From contig CADBHR010000002.1 of NCBI GenBank assembly GCA_902794475.1, positions 22,263 through 86,262 of the forward strand: DNA of 64,000 nt, given 5' to 3'. The notes under the pieces were generated by a model. That model saw only the letters and a list, made by a program, of their open reading frames with translations. It was not told the origin of the DNA and did not search any database. Source of the stretch: an uncultured Methanobrevibacter sp. (lineage in GTDB: Archaea > Methanobacteriota > Methanobacteria > Methanobacteriales > Methanobacteriaceae). Below are positions 56,443 through 64,000 of this stretch, piece after piece (position 1 is the first letter of the stretch; each line of letters begins with the position of its first letter). The position numbers and the translations under genes were made by a program.

Positions 56443-59400
56443 CTACCTGACAGTAATTTTAACTTTTTTGACAACCTTATTATAGCAGTTGTTGCCCTTA
56501 TATGTAACAACTGCATTATAAGTTCCCTTTTTGGTCAATTTCTTAAGTTTAAATATTGCCTGGCCTTTTTTATTGGTTTTGGCAACATAGGTCTTGCCTT
56601 TTACATTAAGGGAAATCTTGACATTTTTCATGGCAACATTCCTGTTGGTTTTCAAGGTGACCTTATACTTCTTAACAGCAGTTTTTACATTAAATTTCTT
56701 TTTGGAACCAAACAGATATGGATTTGCCTTTTTTACAACAAGATTTACGCTGAAAGATGAACCCCTATATTTGTCATTGCCTGCAAAGCTTATTTTAGCG
56801 ACATAATCATTTGGAACTAATGACTTGGAAGACAACTTTACCTTACCCTTGTCATCTGTCATATAGTTCTTGGTCTTGCCATTGAAATTAATGCTGAGTG
56901 GCATATTTCCCATCGGATTTCCATAATCATCCTTTAAAGTTATAGTAACATATTTTCCCTCATTGTAAACACTTGTCAAATTATATCCTGTGATTTCAGT
57001 AGATACCTTATCATTGATTTGATTCACTATAATATTCAGACTTGAAGAACATGACTGATAAGTGTCATTACCTGCATAACTAACTGCACCCACATAAGAT
57101 TTAGGAGGTAAATCAATCAATAATTTTGCCTGGCCGTTATCATCGGTTTTTCCGGTTAGCGTTTTGATACTGAAATTAACTGAAACCGTTTGATTTACCA
57201 TAGGATTTCCATACTTGTCATTCAATGTGACAATCACATATTTTTCCTCCCCATATGTGCAGGTCACGTCAGGCGCAGATATGGAAGTAGGAATCTTATT
57301 TACCGTCACGTTAACAGGAATACTGGAAGCTACATATCTGTTAGTCATATCAAAGTAAAGATATCCATTAAATGTACCGATAGATAATTTATTAGATAAA
57401 TCAAAGCTCACCTGACCATCAGAGTTGGTTTTCAATGTTTCATAAATCCTATCGATGACAAGATCAATTGTAGCATTTCCAATAGGTTTTCCATCTGAAT
57501 CCTTTAGATATGCGGTTAATATGCCGGATTCCCCAAAGACGAAGGTGAGATTATCCGCAGTAAGGTTTGAAACCAGCCTGTATAGGTATACGTTAATGGA
57601 AATATTCGAATCCGCATAAACCGGATCATTTTCAAATACGATTTGAGCGGTGTAGTTTCCTTCAGTCAAACCTTGAATTTCAAATTCGACTTCACCGCTC
57701 TGATTGGTCTTGAAAGTCCTGTGGATATATGCCAGATGAAGGGACACGTTTGAATCAGCCAAAGGCTTGCCGTACTTATCTGTCAGCCTGGCCACGATTT
57801 TTCCTTCATTGAAAAATGCGGTTACATTTCGTGAGGACAATTGGGAGGCAATCTTATTGACTGTTACATTAACAGTAATTGAGAAAGGCTCATAGACATC
57901 ATCTCCACCGAAAGAAATGCTCACAGGATAGGTTTTTGCAGGCAGCTTAGGAATATCGATAGTGATTTGGCCCATTCCATCAGTCTTTTCATAAGAGGAA
58001 TTTCCATTAAAGATTACGGTCAAAGTCTTGTTGACCAACGGGTTTCCATAATAATCCGCTACCAAAGTTACAGTCAAGTTTGAAGTATTGTTATACTCAA
58101 TCTCCAAATCCGTAGCGTTTATGACAGTCTTATATCCCTTGATAACCAGGGTGTATGTGTTTGAAGAAATCGTATTGCCGTATGCTGAATTTGTAAATGA
58201 AACACTAACAGTGTAGGTTCCAGGCTCCAAGTCAAAATCATAGGAGCTGCCAGATAGCCCATGATCAGTTCTGACATATTGGCCATTCTTGTATACTTTA
58301 AGGTCAAGTTCCACATCCTTGAAGTGATAAGTGTTGCCCGGATAATAATTACCAGGAAGGACATTAGTATCCTTATAGTACAAATCCAGAGGCAATGAAA
58401 CGGAAGGATAATTACCTGTGACAGTTGTTGTTGCCATAAATACGTTCGGATACTTGAGGTCATAATTAGTAGATGGAGAATTATTTTTAAACGTGCAGAG
58501 AATGACATCTGCACAGTATACCGCTCCACCAGAACTTGATGCAGTGTTATCCTCAAAATGGCAATCAACTGCATATGCACGGCTACTACCACCAGTAGTT
58601 CTATAACCATAAATCGCCCCACCAGAACCTCCTGCATAATTACCTATAAACGTACAATTGACAGCAGTACCCCAATACATGGCACCGCCCGATTGCGCCC
58701 TATTTCCAATGAATGTACAATTATAAGCATTTCCCATATAGATAGCGCCTCCGGCACCTGCCTTATTATTTTTAAAAGTACAGTTAATAGCGGTACCCCC
58801 AGATAGTGTTCCATAACCGGACATGCCTTGTCCATTGTTTTCAAAATAACAGTTGGTAACAGTGCTGGATGTACATATCGCAGCTCCACCATAGGAATTG
58901 GAATTATAGGCAGTACAGTTTTTGAAAGTGCAATTTTCTACATTTGCCCCAAAAACTGCTCCGCCTCCATATCCCTGACATCCAATGAATTCGCAATTTT
59001 GAACTTTAGTGTCACCAGTATAAGTGTGAATAGCTCCCCCATTATACTGGGAACTGGTTAACTTTCCTAAATTTACGAATTTAATGTTTTTAAATAAAAC
59101 CGCAATACTGTTTGTCTCAAATCCTTTAGCGGAATTGCTGCATCCGTCAATCGTATGGCCGTTTCCATCTATTGTAACGGCACGATTGATTGTAATTCCC
59201 ATCAGGAATGCAGAATCGGTATCTTCATTATAGGAATAGTCATCATCCAATACGATCACTGAATCCGCATTGCCGTTTATCGTGCGGTTAAGCTCAGAAA
59301 AAGATTTCGGATTTCCTGCCGCAATATTTTCATCACTTGCATCAGTTTGTTGAATTTCATCTTGATTCGAATCAACTTGTTTCAATTCAATATCTTCACT

Positions 59401-59526
59401 GTTGGCTGTCTGCACATCAGTCACATTTGAATCTGCAGCACTTATGGCCGAAATTGAAGATATTAAAATAATTGAAAATAAAAGTAACACTGATAATTTT
59501 CGTTTATTTATCATAATTTCCTCCAA
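56443..59526 (-). CDS. Adhesin-like surface protein (GGA beta-helix plus Ig-like repeats)
   Basis: Signal peptide; NCTF..N.A..GGA repeats; C-terminal half closely similar to the 54620 gene. Confidence 0.88.
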   Translation of the reverse strand: MEEIMINKRKLSVLLLFSIILISSISAISAADSNVTDVQTANSEDIELKQVDSNQDEIQQTDASDENIAAGNPKSFSELNRTINGNADSVIVLDDDYSYNEDTDSAFLMGITINRAVTIDGNGHTIDGCSNSAKGFETNSIAVLFKNIKFVNLGKLTSSQYNGGAIHTYTGDTKVQNCEFIGCQGYGGGAVFGANVENCTFKNCTAYNSNSYGGAAICTSSTVTNCYFENNGQGMSGYGTLSGGTAINCTFKNNKAGAGGAIYMGNAYNCTFIGNRAQSGGAMYWGTAVNCTFIGNYAGGSGGAIYGYRTTGGSSRAYAVDCHFEDNTASSSGGAVYCADVILCTFKNNSPSTNYDLKYPNVFMATTTVTGNYPSVSLPLDLYYKDTNVLPGNYYPGNTYHFKDVELDLKVYKNGQYVRTDHGLSGSSYDFDLEPGTYTVSVSFTNSAYGNTISSNTYTLVIKGYKTVINATDLEIEYNNTSNLTVTLVADYYGNPLVNKTLTVIFNGNSSYEKTDGMGQITIDIPKLPAKTYPVSISFGGDDVYEPFSITVNVTVNKIASQLSSRNVTAFFNEGKIVARLTDKYGKPLADSNVSLHLAYIHRTFKTNQSGEVEFEIQGLTEGNYTAQIVFENDPVYADSNISINVYLYRLVSNLTADNLTFVFGESGILTAYLKDSDGKPIGNATIDLVIDRIYETLKTNSDGQVSFDLSNKLSIGTFNGYLYFDMTNRYVASSIPVNVTVNKIPTSISAPDVTCTYGEEKYVIVTLNDKYGNPMVNQTVSVNFSIKTLTGKTDDNGQAKLLIDLPPKSYVGAVSYAGNDTYQSCSSSLNIIVNQINDKVSTEITGYNLTSVYNEGKYVTITLKDDYGNPMGNMPLSINFNGKTKNYMTDDKGKVKLSSKSLVPNDYVAKISFAGNDKYRGSSFSVNLVVKKANPYLFGSKKKFNVKTAVKKYKVTLKTNRNVAMKNVKISLNVKGKTYVAKTNKKGQAIFKLKKLTKKGTYNAVVTYKGNNCYNKVVKKVKITVR

Positions 59527-59736
59527 AATTTATCGTTATTATATTAACTTATTTTTCTAATCATATATAAATAATCGTGATAATTTGTCAGAATATGCTT
59601 AAAATGAGAAAAATAATTGAATATAATGGAAAAAATAAGATATAACGGGAAAAATTTAAGAAAAATTAATAAAAAAAGAATTTTATTTAAAAAATAAAAA
59701 AATAAAGGAAAAAGATAATTACATGACATTCATGAA

Positions 59737-62700
59737 TTATTTTTTACCTTTTCTTTGTACAAAACATAGTGTTAACAAAGAGAGCAATAAAACAAACAAC
59801 GGATTACCAGTTTCATGAAGAGTGTTTTTAGCAGCAACAACTGAATCTTTTACTTTGACAGTGTCTGATTCATTGTCGTGTTTTTTATGTTCTTTCTCAA
59901 GTTCCTTTTCAGGTTTCTCATCCTGGTCATCAATTGGTTCTATAGGACTAACTCCTGAACCTTCAGTTTCCGCTGTTCCATTAACTCCTTCTCTTATCAA
60001 AACAGTGTCAGTATCTTCCAAAGTCTCATTGTTGATATTGTGTCCGGCAGTTGCAGTATTGGATTTTCTGCCAGCAGTCAATGCTTTGAAGAATAATTCC
60101 AATGTAGCTGATTCTCCAACCCCAATCTTACCATTGTAATACCAAGTATCCTTACCATCAAAAGTCCATAATTCCTTATCAGAGAAATCATAGTACTCTA
60201 AACCTTGAGAATAGGTATTATCCGTAATATAAGCTCCGGTTATGGTACGATTACCTGTGTTGGAATAGACAATGGAAAAGCTCACTACATCTCCGACTTT
60301 AGCCTCTTGATAGTTTGAAATCTTATCAATGCTAAATGTTGGAGGACCTACGACAACATCTGCTTCTTCAGTTAAATTGATGGAAGTTCCACTACCAGTG
60401 ATAGTGTCATCCCAAAGCCAATAGAAATTAGCTTGGTTGGTCAATTTTCCGATTTGGGTAGCATTGAATATAAGAGTGACATTTAAAGAGTCACCTGGTC
60501 TCCAACGTTGATCCCATATCTTATACTTGATGATTACACGATTGTCGCCATCTTTTCCAACAAATTCGAAGTTATCTTTCCACATGTTTCCATTCTTATC
60601 AGGATTAGGTATGTAACCAACATATTCCAATCCGTCAGGATAAATATCTTCGATAATGAAGTAATTAGTTCCAGCTACTCCACCTGCAGCATGGTCAAAG
60701 TAATCAAAGTCCCCGGTATTTTCAAGATATATTTCGTAATAGACCAAATCGCCTACATCCACTGTTGAATTGAGACATTTTTTGGTCAAGTTTATTTCCG
60801 GTTCACCTGAAACTACACTGGACACATCACTTGTATTCCACTCACTGAACACAAAGTTACAAATGATACCTTCTTTTACAACTTCAAAGAACAGGGTTAT
60901 GTTCAATTTGGAACCTGGAGTCCAACCTTCTGTCAAGCCATTTTCGTATAAGTCATACTTAATTTGGACATGACCACTTTGTTGGTCATCGATTTTAAGT
61001 GTAGGTACAACCCCATCACTGCCAGGATTGATTTTATAACCGTAATACTTTAATCCTTCAGGATACCAGTCATTGATATATATAACCATACCGTTATCTG
61101 TGTACTGAAGTGTACCATTGTTTTCAAGGATTATCTCATAGGCAACAAAGTCACCTATATTTACAAACTGATTATCTGCAGTTTTGGTTAACTTGAAACT
61201 AGGGTCTCCTGCGAAAGTGTAAGCGGAAACCATGGTTGAGTATTTTGACTGATCCCATTCGAGAACTGAGTTGGCCTGAAGTTTTCCATCAGTTAAAGCA
61301 TTGAATTGAACATCAAAGTTAAATGATTCCCCTCCAGCAAAACCGTCTTCAGGAGTATAGGAAAGTTTCAAATGTCCAACACTTGAATCAGCACCTAAAA
61401 GACTACCGTAAGTAGCTCCCAATACAGAATTGTCTGAATTGTGGGTTGAAATGTATTCCAATAATTCAACGTTTAGATTTTCAACTTCAGTGATACCCAG
61501 GTATTCCATTTTATCCGCATCGAAATATATGTTAAGAGTGATGTCACTTCCTTTATATCCGGCACCTTCATTTTTAACGACATAGGTGAAAAATACAGTA
61601 TCACCTACTTTCATTGTTAAAGCGTTAGGAATTTCGGACATTAACAAGTTTGTATCATTTGATATGATTTTAACTTCTGATCTGACACCCCAGCCTTGCC
61701 ACCAGAATGCGGTGGTTTCAAATTTACCATGTTGTAAAACTTTAAAGGTGAGTGTAAAGTTAAATGTATCACCATGATAGAACATTTGACTGGAATTATA
61801 TCCAACTACAAGACCATTTTCATACAAGTCAAAACTTGGATTTGGATTCGGATTGAGATTATACTTTTCAGAATCAGCGTTTGGAGTTAATGACTGATAT
61901 TCCAATTGGGTATCATTGTACTCGAAACCTACTCCTAAAATATTATCTCTGAATGTTCCTCCCACGTTTTTACCGGAAACCTCAAAGGATACATTATCAT
62001 CAATATTTACATATGAATTTGATAATGTATTGGTTATCTCAAACATTGGAGCCATTGAAGTGGTAGAAGCTCTTGATGAAACCTGAGTGTATTGGGTAAT
62101 TTGTGCATTAGTTTCAAATGTTCCATGTGCTAAGACATTGAAAATAACATTTAATTTGAAACTGTCGCCCTTAGCAAAACCTGCGTCGCCGACTTTGTAA
62201 GCGAACTGCACAAGCCTTTTGTTATTGTCAGGGTTTACCCTTGGTGTGAGATACATATCAGGATTGCTGCTTGTAACATTAGCATAATGTAATCCGTTAT
62301 TATCATACCATAAGTTCACGCCCACAAAACGCTCTCCTAAAATATATGTAGGATAGAAAGTATCCCCATTGTTTTTAACGGTGAGCTCAAAGGAGACCTG
62401 ATCTCCAGTATTGGAAATAGGAAGTGAAGCAACATTGGTTATCTCAAACTCAGGAGGATTTACCGCATTAACAGATGCTTGTGAACCTTGAGCATTATAC
62501 AATACTACAAACGCATTAGTATTTAATGCACCGGTGGTTTTGACTTTGAAGGAAACGTTGAATTTGATAGATTCGCCGTTTCTAAATGCACCGTTAGTAT
62601 TATAAGCAAACTGCACATTACTTTCCCACCAGTTGTTTCTTACATCAAGATACCTGTCAGGAGTATCATAAGAAACACCAGTATACTCTAATTGATTGGT

Positions 62701-63621
62701 ATCATAATTTACTTGCACAGGCAAAAAGTATCCATCCACACCTTGATAGGTACCACCATTGTTCACAACATAGACTTCAAATTTTACCTCATCACCAACG
62801 TTTGCATAAGGATTTAATGCAGTGTTAATTATAGTGAAATCAGCAACATCAGTTTGAGCTGTTGATTTAACATTAAAATCATGCCACATGTATGCAGTAG
62901 TTTTCAATGTTCCAGGAGTTTTAACCCTGAAACTGGCTGTGAAGTTAAAAAGAAAACCGTTAGCAAATTTAAAATCAGAACAGTCATAGCCAACTAAAAG
63001 CCCATTCGGATTCATATCGAAATTTGGATTTGGGTTTGAACCAAGATTATAATGAGTAATAGCATCATACCATGATGGTGCCTCCGAATTTATACCCGGA
63101 GTAAACGAAACAAAGTCTAATTGATCCTTATTATAATCAAAACCTATCTCTAAAGGATTACCATCAAAATCGCCACCCACATTTCTACCGAAAACATGGA
63201 AAGTAACAATATCTCCAACTTTTGCATAAGGATTTAATGCAGTGTTTGTTATAATAAAGCTAGAAGAATCTGTTAGGACATCATCGCCTTCATTACTTGC
63301 TTTGATAATATTATTGTCACTATCTTTTGCATAGATAGTGGTGTCTTCATAATTAGAAACCACATTTGCTGAACCGGATTCTCCCAAACTGGAAGAACCG
63401 TTTGTTTTTTCATCAATATTACTTATTGTAAGTTGATTAGAAACATCTTTATCCGCACCGGAATCGACTTCCGGAACTGCAGACAAATCATCATTCAATG
63501 TAATTGAAGCTTCTAAATTCTCGTTCAAATTGTCAGTATTCGCACTGACAGATCCGATCATTATTAACAAAGTACTTACAACAAATAATAAAACTAAAAC
63601 TTGTTTAACTTTATTATTCAT
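59737..63621 (-). CDS. DUF11-like repeat surface protein with C-terminal xETGNP-TM-basic tail anchor
   Basis: Signal peptide; repeated F.ITN....Y..VGD.V.F...V.N.G units; ends LHETGNPLFVLLLSLLTLCFVQRKGKK. Confidence 0.85.
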   Translation of the reverse strand: MNNKVKQVLVLLFVVSTLLIMIGSVSANTDNLNENLEASITLNDDLSAVPEVDSGADKDVSNQLTISNIDEKTNGSSSLGESGSANVVSNYEDTTIYAKDSDNNIIKASNEGDDVLTDSSSFIITNTALNPYAKVGDIVTFHVFGRNVGGDFDGNPLEIGFDYNKDQLDFVSFTPGINSEAPSWYDAITHYNLGSNPNPNFDMNPNGLLVGYDCSDFKFANGFLFNFTASFRVKTPGTLKTTAYMWHDFNVKSTAQTDVADFTIINTALNPYANVGDEVKFEVYVVNNGGTYQGVDGYFLPVQVNYDTNQLEYTGVSYDTPDRYLDVRNNWWESNVQFAYNTNGAFRNGESIKFNVSFKVKTTGALNTNAFVVLYNAQGSQASVNAVNPPEFEITNVASLPISNTGDQVSFELTVKNNGDTFYPTYILGERFVGVNLWYDNNGLHYANVTSSNPDMYLTPRVNPDNNKRLVQFAYKVGDAGFAKGDSFKLNVIFNVLAHGTFETNAQITQYTQVSSRASTTSMAPMFEITNTLSNSYVNIDDNVSFEVSGKNVGGTFRDNILGVGFEYNDTQLEYQSLTPNADSEKYNLNPNPNPSFDLYENGLVVGYNSSQMFYHGDTFNFTLTFKVLQHGKFETTAFWWQGWGVRSEVKIISNDTNLLMSEIPNALTMKVGDTVFFTYVVKNEGAGYKGSDITLNIYFDADKMEYLGITEVENLNVELLEYISTHNSDNSVLGATYGSLLGADSSVGHLKLSYTPEDGFAGGESFNFDVQFNALTDGKLQANSVLEWDQSKYSTMVSAYTFAGDPSFKLTKTADNQFVNIGDFVAYEIILENNGTLQYTDNGMVIYINDWYPEGLKYYGYKINPGSDGVVPTLKIDDQQSGHVQIKYDLYENGLTEGWTPGSKLNITLFFEVVKEGIICNFVFSEWNTSDVSSVVSGEPEINLTKKCLNSTVDVGDLVYYEIYLENTGDFDYFDHAAGGVAGTNYFIIEDIYPDGLEYVGYIPNPDKNGNMWKDNFEFVGKDGDNRVIIKYKIWDQRWRPGDSLNVTLIFNATQIGKLTNQANFYWLWDDTITGSGTSINLTEEADVVVGPPTFSIDKISNYQEAKVGDVVSFSIVYSNTGNRTITGAYITDNTYSQGLEYYDFSDKELWTFDGKDTWYYNGKIGVGESATLELFFKALTAGRKSNTATAGHNINNETLEDTDTVLIREGVNGTAETEGSGVSPIEPIDDQDEKPEKELEKEHKKHDNESDTVKVKDSVVAAKNTLHETGNPLFVLLLSLLTLCFVQRKGKK

Positions 63622-64000
63622 CTTTTTACCTCTAATTTTTAAATCTGTCTGTCATTCATTTTCACATAATTTCATTATTTTAAGAAAATAATAGAAAATT
63701 TTCACCTTCCACTACCTTCCCCCACCAAATAACAAAATTATTCAACTTTATTCCATAACGAAATAGTTACTCAGAGATTTCCGAATAACAATTCGCCATT
63801 GAATTAAATACTTATCAAATATTTAACTCATATATAGTTTATATTATACATAATATATATACTATTCTTAAAACACTAATTTAAGGGTATATTTTTAAAA
63901 ATAAATTAAAATTAAAATATATCAAAATAATATATCATCATTTTAGAAATGATATTGTCAAAATAACGATTAATTTGACAAAGATGTGAAAATAGCCGGT

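Noticed and set aside
59675-59688. AAAG-N6-ATTT match in the adhesin region
   Set aside because: Lies in a poly-A tract with no TATA-like element at 6 bp; treated as a chance match, and a reminder that the relaxed motif needs a statistical test.
867-61777. Numerous short ORFs in the track overlapping long genes (e.g. 16067-16528, 28649-29170, 46695-47075, 58119-58637)
   Set aside because: Antisense or alternate-frame shadows of well-supported CDSs, with no recognisable motifs.

Overview
AT-rich archaeal DNA, most consistent with a Methanobrevibacter-like methanogen (archaeal-type EF-2, GGTG/GGAGG ribosome-binding sites, TATA promoters, adhesin-like proteins with Lys-rich C-termini). Positions 1 to ~49.6 kb form an accessory signalling/stress/defence island. 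It encodes a Ser/Thr kinase-Hsp70 fusion, a winged-helix-FHA regulator, a calcineurin-like phosphatase, three YwlE-type LMW phosphatases, RNA-repair genes (RtcB, two RlaP-type nucleotidyltransferases, a PNK-like kinase), out-of-context divergent copies of EF-2, DnaK, GlmS and a Phi-like SIS protein, many cytoplasmic HEAT/TPR/DUF285/GGAI repeat proteins, and a DUF4062-NACHT-WD40 STAND protein. The strongest unexplained signal is a palindromic box, AAAG-N6-CTTT (or with one arm AAAT/ATTT). It occurs 15 times at gene starts across the island, and in 14 cases it sits exactly 6 bp upstream of a TATA-like element, suggesting one activator-controlled regulon. Also found by hand: an unannotated 48-aa peptide resembling the regulator's N-terminal TVIL motif, and a leader-peptide/attenuator-like structure before the EF-2 copy. 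Positions ~49.9-63.6 kb hold four surface adhesin-like genes. All calls come from reading motifs by eye; no database searches were run.
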